NCBI GenBank assembly: GCA_934099115.1
Contig: CAKOPK010000001.1
Span: 85,756 to 149,755 of the forward strand
DNA length: 64,000 bases
Reading direction: 5' to 3'
Source: an uncultured Bacilli bacterium
Lineage (GTDB): Bacteria; Bacillota_I; Bacilli_A; RF39; UBA660
This document shows, piece by piece, positions 43,989 to 54,421 of the stretch (the first letter of the stretch is position 1; each line of letters opens with the position of its first letter). Made by a program: the position numbers and the translations under genes. The notes beneath the pieces were generated by a model. It searched no databases. It saw only the letters and a list, made by a program, of their open reading frames with translations, and was not told the DNA's origin.

Positions 43989-45740
43989 TTACATTTTTTC
44001 GGGAATATTTATACCTAGAATGTTTAATAAATATAAATTGTTATTATAAATAATATTTGTGAGTGTTAACCATGATGTTTTTAAGTCTTTATTTTGCTCT
44101 GTTAGTACTTTATTTTCGGCATAAAAATTATTGTATAGATTGGTTGTTTTATATAAATATTCTGCGATTTCATTTAAAGAATAATTTTCATAACTTCTTT
44201 TAATAATTCTTTTTAAGTCTAGCATTGATAGGATTATTTTTCTTTCTGAGGCTCCTATTTTTGTTATTTCTTTAAATTCTATATTCTGTTCTTGGGCTTT
44301 TTTAAGTAAAGATTTCATTCTTAATGTAGAATATAGAAGATATGTTCCTGTTTTACCATTTAAGTCTGTAAATTTTTCAATGTCAAAATTATAATCGGTT
44401 GCTCTATATGGTAATAAGTCTGCATATTTAATTGCTCCGATAGCTATAGTTCTGGCAATTTGTTTTCTATTTTCGGTAATACTTTCATTTAATCTTTTTT
44501 CACATTCTTCTGTTACCATATCTAATAAATCGGATAAGGGCATAACTCCTCCATCTCTGGTTTTAAATGGTTTTCCATCTGGTCCATTCATTGTTCCAAA
44601 GCCGCTCCATATTAACTTTAACTCTGGTTTTATCATTTCACTTTTATAAGCTGCACGAAATACTTGAGTAAAGTGCAATTCTTGACGTTTATCTGTTAAA
44701 TACCATATTTCATCAATATTAAATTTTTTTGTTCTTTCCCATATGGCTGCTAGGTCAGTTGTCTCGTAAGAAACAGCTTTATTACTTTTAATTAATATTA
44801 ATGGAGGCATTTCTAATTTATCACTATCTTCTTTAACAGGGATAACTTTTGCTCCTTCACTTTCTACAATTATGTTTTTACCATATAAATATTCCATCAT
44901 TTCATCAATATAGAAAGAATTATCACTTTCTCCTTCCCATAAGTCAAAATCTACATTTAAGTCTTTATATAGTCTTTTTACTTCTTTTAAACTAACTTCT
45001 ACAATTTTTTTCCATAAAGAATAATAACCAATTTGTTTATTTTGAAGTTCATAATTAATTTTACGAGCATTTTCCATAATTTCAGCGTTTTCTTTGGCTT
45101 TGGTAGTAGCAATGGGATACAACTCTAATAAGTCTTCATTTGTAATATTAAATTCTACTTCTTCACCATTATAATCTGGTTTGAAGTATGCTAAATCGGG
45201 ATATCTATTTTTAATTTCCAGTATAACCATTCCCATTGGTCTTCCCCAATCACCTAAATGGACATCAGCGATGGTTTTACAGCCTACTTTTTGACATAAT
45301 CTTTTTAGAGCTTCACCAATATTTGCACTTCTTAAATGGCCTACATGTAAAACTTTTGCTACGTTTGGGCCACCATAATCTAAGAAAATGGTCTTATTTA
45401 TTCCTAAATTATAATTAATGGTGATGTCTTTATTGCTTTCATTCATAAAGTCAATTAAAAAAGTATCACTAAATGTTAAGTTTATAAAACCAGGACCTGC
45501 GACAGATACATCTTTTAACTCTTCATATTCTTTTAATTTAGTAACTAATTCATTTGCTATTAAGACAGGATTTTTGTGATAATTTTTAGCTAGAGGCATT
45601 ATTCCGTTATATTGATAATCTCCTAAATCTGGTCTATTTGAGGGGTTTAAAGTTACGTTTTCTACTTCATAGTCTAGTTCTTTTAGACTATTTTTTATTT
45701 TATTTTCTAATTCTAATATTTTATATTTCATTTTGTTCAC
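43989..45740 (-). CDS. argS: Arginine--tRNA ligase
   Basis: Class I HIGH (HVGH) and the DALR anticodon-binding domain. Confidence 0.95.
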   Translation of the reverse strand: MNKMKYKILELENKIKNSLKELDYEVENVTLNPSNRPDLGDYQYNGIMPLAKNYHKNPVLIANELVTKLKEYEELKDVSVAGPGFINLTFSDTFLIDFMNESNKDITINYNLGINKTIFLDYGGPNVAKVLHVGHLRSANIGEALKRLCQKVGCKTIADVHLGDWGRPMGMVILEIKNRYPDLAYFKPDYNGEEVEFNITNEDLLELYPIATTKAKENAEIMENARKINYELQNKQIGYYSLWKKIVEVSLKEVKRLYKDLNVDFDLWEGESDNSFYIDEMMEYLYGKNIIVESEGAKVIPVKEDSDKLEMPPLILIKSNKAVSYETTDLAAIWERTKKFNIDEIWYLTDKRQELHFTQVFRAAYKSEMIKPELKLIWSGFGTMNGPDGKPFKTRDGGVMPLSDLLDMVTEECEKRLNESITENRKQIARTIAIGAIKYADLLPYRATDYNFDIEKFTDLNGKTGTYLLYSTLRMKSLLKKAQEQNIEFKEITKIGASERKIILSMLDLKRIIKRSYENYSLNEIAEYLYKTTNLYNNFYAENKVLTEQNKDLKTSWLTLTNIIYNNNLYLLNILGINIPEKM

Positions 45741-46074
45741 TTCCTATTTCTAATTCAATTTTTAAAGGATTTTCTTGGCTTATTAATTTATATTCAATTA
45801 ATATTTTATTATTAGCATCTATATAGTTTATATACTCTATGGGGATATTTACATTTTGATTTACTTCTTTTAAAGTTAAAACACATTCTTGGAGATTTAT
45901 TTTAAATATTGTTTCTAAGTTTTCTTTTATAAAGTTAAAGTTTTGCCGGTTAATCCTTATATTATCATTATCTGTATGAAATGTTAGAAAGTTATCTTCT
46001 ATTTTACATGTAGTTATATTTTTAAATAATAAATCATCAGATTCGTAAGTACTTACTGTCAGATTATAGTTCAT
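45721..46074 (-). CDS. Small hypothetical protein upstream of argS (possibly DUF1934/YwiB-like)
   Basis: Position relative to argS as for ywiB in Bacillus; sequence support weak. Confidence 0.4.
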   Translation of the reverse strand: MNYNLTVSTYESDDLLFKNITTCKIEDNFLTFHTDNDNIRINRQNFNFIKENLETIFKINLQECVLTLKEVNQNVNIPIEYINYIDANNKILIEYKLISQENPLKIELEIGSEQNEI

Positions 46075-46191
46075 AGTAATCCCTCATTTATTAGTTTTAT
46101 TATACTAAATAACTTTTAGAAATACAACTTAAATAAAAAAATGGCTATAATTAATTTATTTTGTTTCATATTAATAAAAGGGTGAGATAGT

Positions 46192-48147
46192 TTGCGTGTT
46201 TTAAGGTTTTTATTTAAGTTTAGTGTTTTTTCTTTCTTATCTTTTATTGTTATTATTATGGGACTGTATATTTATGCTTTTTTAAGTCCTAAATTAGAGC
46301 TTAGAACTGCAGGTCAGTATTATATATATGATGGGTCTGATACTTTATTATATCAGGGGAGTAGTACTAGCAAATGGGCTTCTTTAGAAGATATTAATTA
46401 TAATTTAATAAATGCGGTAGTTAGTATTGAAGATAAGAATTTTTATGAACATCATGGATTTGATTATTTAAGAATTGCAAAAGCTATGTATTTAAATATT
46501 AAGAATAAGAAGATTACACAAGGAGCTTCTACTATTTCTCAGCAATATGTTAAAAATATTTATTTAGATTTTGCTTCTACTTGGGAAAGAAAAATTGAAG
46601 AAGCTTTCTTAACTTTAGAATTAGAAGTACATTATTCTAAAGATGAAATATTAGAAGGTTATTTAAATACTATTAATTATGGTCAAGGTAACTTTGGTAT
46701 TGCTAATGCTAGTCGTTATTATTTTAATAAAGAACCAATAGATTTAACCTTAGAAGAAGCTTTAATTTTAGCAGGTATTCCTAATAGTCCTGGGTATTAT
46801 AATCCGGTTGCTAATTATGATTTATCAATAAAAAGAGCTAAAATAGTTGGTAAGAGTATGGTTGCTAATGGTTTTATTACGGAAGAAACCTTGAATTCTT
46901 TATTTCAAGAAAAGATTTCTATTTATGGAAAAAGTAGTGAAGAAAATTTAGACATGCTTATGTATTATCAAGATGCTGTATTACAAGAACTTAGAAGTAT
47001 TAAAACTATTCCAGAGGCTTTAATTCAGAATGGTGGTATTAAAATCTACACTTATTTAGATTTAGATGCTCAAGAAACTTTAGAAAAATCAATTTTAAAT
47101 TATGTTAAAGAAGATAGTGAGTTACAATCTGCTAGTGTTATTGTAAATCCTAAAACAGGGGGAGTCATTGCTTTATCTGGAGGTATTAATTATGCTAGGA
47201 GCCAATATAATAGGGCAACACAGGCTACTAGACAAGTTGGATCTGTTATGAAGCCATTCTTATATTATGGAGCTTTAGAAGAAGGTATGACTTCTTCATC
47301 TACTTTTAATAGTCAATATACTAGTTTTACTCTAAGTAATGGTACTGTTTATTCTCCTAAAAATTATGGTAGTATTTATGCTAATAAACCGATTACTATG
47401 GCAGAAGCTATTGCAGTTTCTGATAATGTTTATGCTGTTAAAACAAATATGTTTATTGGGGCTGATAAACTAGTAAATACGACTAAAAGAGTAGGTATTA
47501 AAGCTAATTTTCAAAGTGTTCCTTCTCTTGCCTTAGGTACTGGAGAGATGTCGGTTTTAGATTTAGCTAGGGGATATAATACTTTTGCAACTGGTGGATA
47601 CAAAGAAGAAGTTTCTTTAATTCGAAAGATAGAGGATAGCGAAGGAAATATTTTATATGAAAAAAAAGAGAAATCTTCATTAGTATTAAATGAAAATTAT
47701 ACTTATATTTTAAATGAAATGCTTACTGGAACTACAAATGGTCAATTTTTGGATTATGCAAGACCTACAGCTTTAACTATTGCTTCTAAATTATCTCATA
47801 AATACGCGATAAAAACTGGTACTACAGATACTGATTTTTGGATAGCAGGCTATAATTCAGATGTTTTAATGGTTACTTGGGTTGGCTATGATGATAATAG
47901 AAAGACTAAGCCTAATGATTCTTATATTTCTAAGAATATATGGGCTGATACGGTTCAGGAATTGCAAAAGGATAAAGAAGTATCATGGTATGAAACACCA
48001 CCTAACGTTGTTGGAGTTATTTTAGATGCAGTAAGTGGAAAACAAACTAATAATACTAAAAAAGCTACTTTATTTTATTATGTTAAAGGCACAGAGAGTG
48101 CTTATACAGATGTAGAGGCAGTTTTTAAAGAAGAAAAAGAAGAATAA
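46192..48147 (+). CDS. Class A penicillin-binding protein (GT51 transglycosylase + transpeptidase)
   Basis: GT51 motifs EDKNFYEHHGFD and GASTISQQ; transpeptidase SVMKP, SDN, KTGT. Confidence 0.85.
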   Translation: MRVLRFLFKFSVFSFLSFIVIIMGLYIYAFLSPKLELRTAGQYYIYDGSDTLLYQGSSTSKWASLEDINYNLINAVVSIEDKNFYEHHGFDYLRIAKAMYLNIKNKKITQGASTISQQYVKNIYLDFASTWERKIEEAFLTLELEVHYSKDEILEGYLNTINYGQGNFGIANASRYYFNKEPIDLTLEEALILAGIPNSPGYYNPVANYDLSIKRAKIVGKSMVANGFITEETLNSLFQEKISIYGKSSEENLDMLMYYQDAVLQELRSIKTIPEALIQNGGIKIYTYLDLDAQETLEKSILNYVKEDSELQSASVIVNPKTGGVIALSGGINYARSQYNRATQATRQVGSVMKPFLYYGALEEGMTSSSTFNSQYTSFTLSNGTVYSPKNYGSIYANKPITMAEAIAVSDNVYAVKTNMFIGADKLVNTTKRVGIKANFQSVPSLALGTGEMSVLDLARGYNTFATGGYKEEVSLIRKIEDSEGNILYEKKEKSSLVLNENYTYILNEMLTGTTNGQFLDYARPTALTIASKLSHKYAIKTGTTDTDFWIAGYNSDVLMVTWVGYDDNRKTKPNDSYISKNIWADTVQELQKDKEVSWYETPPNVVGVILDAVSGKQTNNTKKATLFYYVKGTESAYTDVEAVFKEEKEE

Positions 48148-48177
48148 AAAATGTTGATAAATGCATGTTTATCAACA

Positions 48178-49680
48178 TTATACGATTAGAGAATTGGTTT
48201 CTTGCATTTCTTCTGGGAGTGCTATATCCATATATTCTAAAATTGTGGGAGCTACATTCGTTAGGTCTCCACTTTTTTTTAGTTCTACATTTAAATCTGT
48301 TATAATGAAGGGCACTTTACTTGTTGTATGTGTTGTTACCGGGTTTTTAAATTCATCTAACATTATATCTGCATTTCCATGGTCTGCTAAAATGACCATT
48401 GTATAAAAATTATCTTCTGCAACTTCGTATAGTCTTTCTAAACATACATCAACTGTGGTTACAGCTTTAATAGTGGCATCTAGATTACCAGTGTGACCAA
48501 CCATATCAGGATTAGCAAAGTTCATAAAAATAAAATCGACGTCTTTTTCCATGCAGCTTATAGCTTTTTTAGTTATTTCAGTTGCACTCATTTCTGGTTT
48601 TAAGTCATAAGTTTTTACTTTAGGCGATGGTATTAAAATTTTATCACATTTTTCTATTTTGCCATTATACATTCCATCAAAGAAATAGGTTACATGAGCA
48701 TATTTTTCTGTTTCTGCAATACGGGTTTGAGATAATCCTAAACTGCTTAGATATCTTCCTAAAGGATTTATAATATTAATATCTTCTAAGATGTTTATTG
48801 TTTTTATGTCTTTATCTAGGGGAAAGAAACTATATACTTTTAAATTGTTAAATTGATAGATAGGAAATTCATTAAAATCTTTATTTGTTAAAGAACGGAT
48901 TATTTGTTTTCCACGGTCACTACGAAAATTCATCCATAAGATTATATCTCCATCTTTGATAGTGGCTTTTTCATTAATAATTATGGGGTATAGGAACTCA
49001 TCTGTTTGATTTTTTTTGTATAGAGATAATACTCCATCTGTTGCATTTTTTGCTTTAATACCTATTCCTTTTGTAATTAAATCATAATATATTTTCGTAC
49101 GATCATAGTTAGTATCTCTATCCATTGCATAATATCTTCCACATATACTTGCGATATCTGTAGTTTCGTCGGCACTTATTTTTTCTTCTAAGTTTTTAAT
49201 AAAGTTAACGCCCGCATTTACTTTTGTATCTCTACCATCGGTTATTAAATGAAAATGAATATTTTTAGCATTATTTTCTTTTAATATGTTATACATGCTT
49301 AGAAAATGTTCTTCGCTTGAATGAACATTTCCATCGCTATAAAGTCCTATAATATGAATAGTATTCTTTTTTGCTTCTTCTAAAAGGCTTTTAAAGGCTA
49401 TATTATCTGTGTTTATATTTTTTAAAAATTCGGTTATTCTAGGGCCATGTTGTTTAATTTTACGGCCAGCTCCTATAGTCATGTGGCCAATTTCACTGTT
49501 TCCAAATTCACCTGGATTTAAGCCTACATATTCTTCTGAAGCATAAAGAGTAGTATGTGGGTATTTTTCCCATAAACGGTCGAAATTCTTGGTGTCAGCC
49601 ATTTTTATGGCATTTCCATACTCTTCTTCACGATAGCCAAACCCGTCTAGAACAACAGTTAGAATTTTTTTCATATTCAT
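48178..49680 (-). CDS. gpmI: 2,3-bisphosphoglycerate-independent phosphoglycerate mutase
   Basis: Full-length iPGM with metal-binding Ser and His motifs. Confidence 0.95.
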   Translation of the reverse strand: MNMKKILTVVLDGFGYREEEYGNAIKMADTKNFDRLWEKYPHTTLYASEEYVGLNPGEFGNSEIGHMTIGAGRKIKQHGPRITEFLKNINTDNIAFKSLLEEAKKNTIHIIGLYSDGNVHSSEEHFLSMYNILKENNAKNIHFHLITDGRDTKVNAGVNFIKNLEEKISADETTDIASICGRYYAMDRDTNYDRTKIYYDLITKGIGIKAKNATDGVLSLYKKNQTDEFLYPIIINEKATIKDGDIILWMNFRSDRGKQIIRSLTNKDFNEFPIYQFNNLKVYSFFPLDKDIKTINILEDINIINPLGRYLSSLGLSQTRIAETEKYAHVTYFFDGMYNGKIEKCDKILIPSPKVKTYDLKPEMSATEITKKAISCMEKDVDFIFMNFANPDMVGHTGNLDATIKAVTTVDVCLERLYEVAEDNFYTMVILADHGNADIMLDEFKNPVTTHTTSKVPFIITDLNVELKKSGDLTNVAPTILEYMDIALPEEMQETNSLIV

Positions 49681-49753
49681 TCACTCTCCTTTAAAATAAT
49701 AACATATCTTTTTAAAAATTACAAATTTTTGCAGAAAAAAAAGGCTAGGCCTT

Positions 49754-50524
49754 TTATATATGTAATAATTTTTTATCATATCTTAAACGGTCAGCTATTG
49801 TTGCAATAAATTCCGAATTTGTAGGTTTAGCTCGGTCGAAAGCTACACTGTTTCCGAATATTTCTTCCATTAAATCATAATCTCCTCTGTTCCAACTAAC
49901 TTCGATTGCGTGACGAATTGCTCTTTCAACACGGGAAGCAGTGGTTGAGAATCTTAAGGCAACTTCAGGATATATTTCTTTTGTTATACCACCATAAATA
50001 TCATGATGTTTGTAGAATAAGAATACGCTTTCTCTAATGTAAGTATAGCCTTTAATATGACTTGGTATTCCTAGTTGGTGTAACAATTTACTTATTGCTA
50101 CATGAACTATTTCTTCTTGTTCACTTAATACTTCTTTGTGATATGTGTTATTACCAAGTTCTAATATTCTTGTTTCTAAGGCTAAAATACTAAAAGGTTT
50201 TAGCATATAGTAGTTTACTCCATAAAGATTAGCCATATTAATTGTGTATTCTTTCTTGTAGCTGGTTAAAACTATGACTTTTTTCTTAATGTTTTGTTCC
50301 TGCATTTTTTCTAGTATTGTAAGGCCATCTACGCTTGGTAAGATGATATCCATTACAATAATATCAAATTCTTTGTTTTTCTCAAGAATGTAGTTTAATG
50401 CATCTTTTCCATTCTCAATTGTTTTTACTACTTCTATACTAGCGTGACTACTAAACTGATTTTCTATTTTAGTTGTTACATTTTTATTGTTATCTACAAC
50501 TAAAACTCTAACTGTGTTTTTCAT
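49754..50524 (-). CDS. spo0A: Sporulation master regulator Spo0A
   Basis: Receiver domain plus Spo0A_C with near-identical signature (GIPSHIKGYTYIRESV…TTASRVERAIRHAIEVSW…KPTNSEFIA). Confidence 0.9.
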   Translation of the reverse strand: MKNTVRVLVVDNNKNVTTKIENQFSSHASIEVVKTIENGKDALNYILEKNKEFDIIVMDIILPSVDGLTILEKMQEQNIKKKVIVLTSYKKEYTINMANLYGVNYYMLKPFSILALETRILELGNNTYHKEVLSEQEEIVHVAISKLLHQLGIPSHIKGYTYIRESVFLFYKHHDIYGGITKEIYPEVALRFSTTASRVERAIRHAIEVSWNRGDYDLMEEIFGNSVAFDRAKPTNSEFIATIADRLRYDKKLLHI

Positions 50525-50628
50525 GTTTTCTCCTTTTATTTAGTTTTCTTATTTACTACACGCACTTAAAGTATAGCACAGTTTTTTTAATAGTTCTAGT
50601 AAATCTTTTGTCTATCTCTGTAAAGTGA

Positions 50629-50645
50629 TGTCGAGTGATGTCGAA
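50629..50645. promoter_or_regulatory. Tandem Spo0A boxes (TGTCGAG, TGTCGAA) upstream of spo0A
   Basis: Direct repeat GTGATGTCGA x2 at 50626-50645, ~100 bp upstream of the spo0A start; matches the 0A-box TGNCGAA. Confidence 0.5.
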
Positions 50646-50676
50646 AAAAAAGAGCACGTGCTATAATACCGTGCTT
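50641..50676 (-). terminator. Intrinsic terminator at the 3' end of tpiA (overlaps its stop codon)
   Basis: On the minus strand: aGCACGgtattatagcaCGTGCTc followed by T8. Confidence 0.45.
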
Positions 50677-51386
50677 TTCGTAATAATTTGTTTAATATTT
50701 GAAGGATTTAGACTACTAGTTCCAACAAGAAATCCATCTATAATTTTTAGTTTTTTTAAGGCTTCTATATTATTTTCATTAACATTACCACCGAATACTA
50801 CATCTATTTCTTCATTATAGTAATCTTTTATTAGTTTTTTAATAAAACTTATCATTTCATTTATTTTATTTAAGTCATGGATAGTATTTGAACCAATTAA
50901 GTAACCTGGTTCATAGGCGATTATAATATTTTTAAATTGTTCTCTGGGAATGTAGTTTAGAACATTTGCTAGTTCTTTTTCTAAGACTTGATATTCTACT
51001 TTACGATTTAATTCTTCTAGGGTTTCCCCAATACAGTATATTACTTTTATGTTGTTTTTAAGACAAATATCTATTTTTTTTCGCAAAATACTTTCTTTTT
51101 CGTTATAATATTTTCTTCTTTCATAGTGGCCTATTAAAGCATATTTTACATTTAAACTTTTTAATTGATTACTACTGATGTCTCCTGTTAAGTGTAAGTC
51201 ATCGTTTAGACTTATATCTTGGACGGACAGTAAAACATTTTCATTTTTAAATAATGGCAAATAGATATTGCTAGGTGCTAAAATAAAGTTTAGATTTTCT
51301 TTATCTGTTTTTTGCAGTTCTTCTTTATATTCTAATATTTCTTCATAAGTTTTATTGGCTTTTAAGTTACAAATCAAGTATTTCAA
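50661..51386 (-). CDS. tpiA: Triosephosphate isomerase
   Basis: AYEPVWAIGTG-like (AYEPGYLIGSN) and GG.V motifs; overlaps pgk. Confidence 0.9.
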   Translation of the reverse strand: MKYLICNLKANKTYEEILEYKEELQKTDKENLNFILAPSNIYLPLFKNENVLLSVQDISLNDDLHLTGDISSNQLKSLNVKYALIGHYERRKYYNEKESILRKKIDICLKNNIKVIYCIGETLEELNRKVEYQVLEKELANVLNYIPREQFKNIIIAYEPGYLIGSNTIHDLNKINEMISFIKKLIKDYYNEEIDVVFGGNVNENNIEALKKLKIIDGFLVGTSSLNPSNIKQIITKSTVL

Positions 51387-52575
51387 TATTATCTTCCTCC
51401 ATTATGACATCTAAGCCTGGTAAATGGCCTTTTGCTATATATTCTAGTGTTGCTCCTCCACCACTTGATATGTTTATAAATTGACCTTTAAAACCTAAAT
51501 TGTTGATAGCCGCGATTGTATCACCACCACCTATGGTTACTTTATCTTTCTTTTCACTTAAAATATTTAATATTTCTTTTGTTCCGTTTGCAAATTCTTT
51601 TTCTTCATATATTCCCATTGTTCCATTTAAAAATATAGTGTTGCATTTTTCTAGAATACTTTTATATTTCTTTATTGAATTCATTCCGATATCTTTTATT
51701 ACATCATTGATTTCAATTTTATTTGTTGCTTTTATAATGGGATTATTGTCATAAGTAGTAACTGTTACTACATCTAGAGGAAGAGCAAATTTATCTTTGT
51801 ATTTTAAAAGTAAAGCTTTTAATTCTTTTATTATTTCAGGATTATTTGTTTTTAAAGAGGCTCCAACATTAAGATTAAGTGCTACTAAAAAGGAATTAGC
51901 AATCCCACCACTTAACAATAAATAATCACATTTTGGCAATAAATTTTTAATGATTTCTAATTTATCGTCTACTTTAGCTCCTCCCATCATGACTGCAAAA
52001 GGTCTTTCGGGATTTTTGATTGTTTTGTCTAACATGTTTATTTCTTGTTCTGCTAAAAAGCCTAAACAATTTGGTAAGAATTTAGCAATGCCTGTTACTG
52101 TTGTATGGTCACGATGGGCAACGGCGAAAGCATCAAAAACAAATACTTCACCAAAAGATGCTATATATTTAGCAACTTCATCATTTCTAATACTTTCTAA
52201 TTTGTTTGGTATATCTAAGAAACGAGTATTTTCTAATAAAAGAATTTCACCACTTTTTAAGTTTAAGGCCATATTTTTGGTTTCTTCACTTAATATATCT
52301 TTAGCAAATAAAATAGGCTTATTTAAGTATTTTTCAAGCATATCTTTTACTGGCTTTAAACTATTTGTTAATTTATCTTCTTCTGTTTTAACACGTCCTA
52401 AGTGACTTAAAAGGATTATTTTACAGTTTTCTTTTAATAAATAGTTTATTGAGTCTAAACTTTTTTTAATTTTTGTATCATCTAGAATATTGCCATTTAG
52501 AATAGGTACATTAAAGTCGCATCGTACGATTACACGTTTATTATTTACAAACATATTTTTTAGTAATTTATTCAT
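51367..52575 (-). CDS. pgk: Phosphoglycerate kinase
   Basis: RCDFNVP N-terminal motif, GGGA…hinge. Confidence 0.95.
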   Translation of the reverse strand: MNKLLKNMFVNNKRVIVRCDFNVPILNGNILDDTKIKKSLDSINYLLKENCKIILLSHLGRVKTEEDKLTNSLKPVKDMLEKYLNKPILFAKDILSEETKNMALNLKSGEILLLENTRFLDIPNKLESIRNDEVAKYIASFGEVFVFDAFAVAHRDHTTVTGIAKFLPNCLGFLAEQEINMLDKTIKNPERPFAVMMGGAKVDDKLEIIKNLLPKCDYLLLSGGIANSFLVALNLNVGASLKTNNPEIIKELKALLLKYKDKFALPLDVVTVTTYDNNPIIKATNKIEINDVIKDIGMNSIKKYKSILEKCNTIFLNGTMGIYEEKEFANGTKEILNILSEKKDKVTIGGGDTIAAINNLGFKGQFINISSGGGATLEYIAKGHLPGLDVIMEEDNIEILDL

Positions 52576-52658
52576 GTTTATCCCTCTTATTCTATTTACT
52601 ATTATATCCTAAAAAGGTCTTGTTTTACAACTATTTATTTTATTTATTTTTTGTATAA

Positions 52659-52683
52659 ATATTTTTATATTTCACTTCATATA
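52659..52683 (+). promoter_or_regulatory. Candidate sigma-E-type promoter for spoIID (ATATT-N14-CATATA)
   Basis: Matches the sigma-E consensus ATATT-N14-CATACA with one mismatch, 24 nt before the ATG. Confidence 0.35.
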
Positions 52684-52707
52684 TATAGATATAGATAAGG
52701 AGATATT

Positions 52708-53694
52708 ATGAATAGATTATTATTAATTATTGTAGTTTTATTATTACCAATTGCTGTTTTTACTGATAATAAAGAGGCAGATAGTTCTTTTGTTTTTGCT
52801 GATACTTTAGAAAATAAGCTAGATATTAATCAAAATTTAGAGGAAAATTCTCAAGTTGATAATATTGAAGATGATAATAGTACTAGTCATAATATTGAGG
52901 TTTTAATTAGTTCTCAAAAAGATAAAAGCAATGCTTATAAGATAGATTTAGAAGAATATATTATAGGGGTTGTAGCTGGAGAAATGCCTGCTTCTTTTGA
53001 AATGGAGGCTTTAAAAGCACAAGCGGTAGCATCTCGTTCTTTTGCTTTAAATCGAATAAATAACATTCCTAATTATGTGTTAAGTACTACTATAAATGAC
53101 CAGGTATATTTAACAGTTGAACAAATGAAAACAAAATGGGGAAATGATTTTCAATATTATTATGAGCGTGTTAAGAGGGCTGTAGAGGATACAAAAGGAC
53201 AAGTTGTTACTTATGATGGGTCTATAATAACTGCTTATTATTTTGCTATTTCTAATGGGTATACTGAAAGTTCTGTTCCGGTTTTTAATGAAACACGAGA
53301 ATATCTTGTTAGTGTTCCCTCTAGTTGGGATAAAAATTATAAATCTTATCAATCAGTTAGAACTATGTCTAAAGCTAGTTTCTTTGATAGATTAGGAATA
53401 ACTGCTGTTAATCTAGAATTAGGGACTATTAATAGGTCGGATACACATTATGTACGTAGTATTATTATAAATGGTAAAAGTTTTACAGGATTAGAAATTT
53501 TTCAAAAACTATCCTTAAAATCAACTGATTTTGAAATTAAAGAAGAAGGAGATAATATTTTAATAACTACTTATGGGTTTGGACACGGAGTAGGTATGAG
53601 TCAATATGGAGCACAAGGTATGGCTCGCGAAGGGTATCAATATCAAGATATTTTAAAACATTATTATAAAAATACAGAAATAACAAATATTTAA
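52708..53694 (+). CDS. spoIID: Stage II sporulation protein D (SpoIID/LytB amidase-enhancer domain)
   Basis: SpoIID domain (…EALKAQAVASRSFAL…YFAISNGYTES…). Confidence 0.85.
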   Translation: MNRLLLIIVVLLLPIAVFTDNKEADSSFVFADTLENKLDINQNLEENSQVDNIEDDNSTSHNIEVLISSQKDKSNAYKIDLEEYIIGVVAGEMPASFEMEALKAQAVASRSFALNRINNIPNYVLSTTINDQVYLTVEQMKTKWGNDFQYYYERVKRAVEDTKGQVVTYDGSIITAYYFAISNGYTESSVPVFNETREYLVSVPSSWDKNYKSYQSVRTMSKASFFDRLGITAVNLELGTINRSDTHYVRSIIINGKSFTGLEIFQKLSLKSTDFEIKEEGDNILITTYGFGHGVGMSQYGAQGMAREGYQYQDILKHYYKNTEITNI

Positions 53695-53745
53695 GTATAA
53701 ATATTCAAATCTTGTTCAACTTATTATTAGAAAGGAAGATAAGAT

Positions 53746-54375
53746 TTGAAACAAAGAAAACTTAGAAGTTATGTTTTACCAACTGTTTATGTAATCATTC
53801 TTATGCTGGTGTTTGGGACAGTTAGTTTAGTTAGTACTCTTTTAAAAACTAATCCTAATTATTTGTTTTCAACACCAATTGTAAATGATTATACAGTTCC
53901 TGTTATTAATGTACCTGGAGGTATTACGGAAGGTATTATTAAACCTTTTTCAATGGAGGGTGTTGTTTTAGATAAGCCATTTTATGATGTTAATGGAACG
54001 CCAGAAGAGCAAGCGAATGCTTTAATTTATTTTGAAGATACTTATATGAAAAATACAGGAGTTTTATATAAGGCTGATCAGGCATTTGATTGTGTTTCTG
54101 TTTTAGATGGTATAGTGTTAGATGTTCGTGAAGATGAATTACTTGGAAATGTAGTGGAAGTTGAACATTCAACAAATTTGAGAACTATTTATTATAGTTT
54201 ATCAAGTGTTAATGTTAAAAAAGGTGATGTTATTAGTCAAGGAGAAATTCTTGGAGTTAGTGGAACAAATTCAATTAGTGAAAGTTTAAATAATCTTCTA
54301 TTTGAGGTTTATTATAATGGAGCGTTAATTAATCCTGAAGCTTTTTATCAAATGGATGTTTCTTCTTTAAGTTAA
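53746..54375 (+). CDS. Membrane-anchored M23/LytM-domain protein, SpoIIQ-like by position (spoIID-spoIIQ-spoIIID as in Clostridia)
   Basis: N-terminal TM; LytM fold with a partly degenerate second His motif (VVEVEHSTNLRTIYYSLSS). Confidence 0.5.
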   Translation: MKQRKLRSYVLPTVYVIILMLVFGTVSLVSTLLKTNPNYLFSTPIVNDYTVPVINVPGGITEGIIKPFSMEGVVLDKPFYDVNGTPEEQANALIYFEDTYMKNTGVLYKADQAFDCVSVLDGIVLDVREDELLGNVVEVEHSTNLRTIYYSLSSVNVKKGDVISQGEILGVSGTNSISESLNNLLFEVYYNGALINPEAFYQMDVSSLS

Positions 54376-54386
54376 AACATAAAAAT

Positions 54387-54420
54387 AAAACTCACTCATA
54401 ATATTTAATGGGTGGGTTTT
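54387..54420 (+). terminator. Intrinsic terminator after the M23 gene; its right arm doubles as an SD-like GGGTGGG
   Basis: 13-bp stem aaaactcactcat / atgggtgggtttt (two G-U pairs), 8-nt loop, T-run. Confidence 0.5.
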
Positions 54421-54421
54421 T

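Noticed and set aside
50635-50820. Plus-strand ORF 50635-50820
   Set aside because: Overlaps the tpiA 3' end, the terminator and the 0A-box region; no RBS. Treated as non-coding regulatory DNA.
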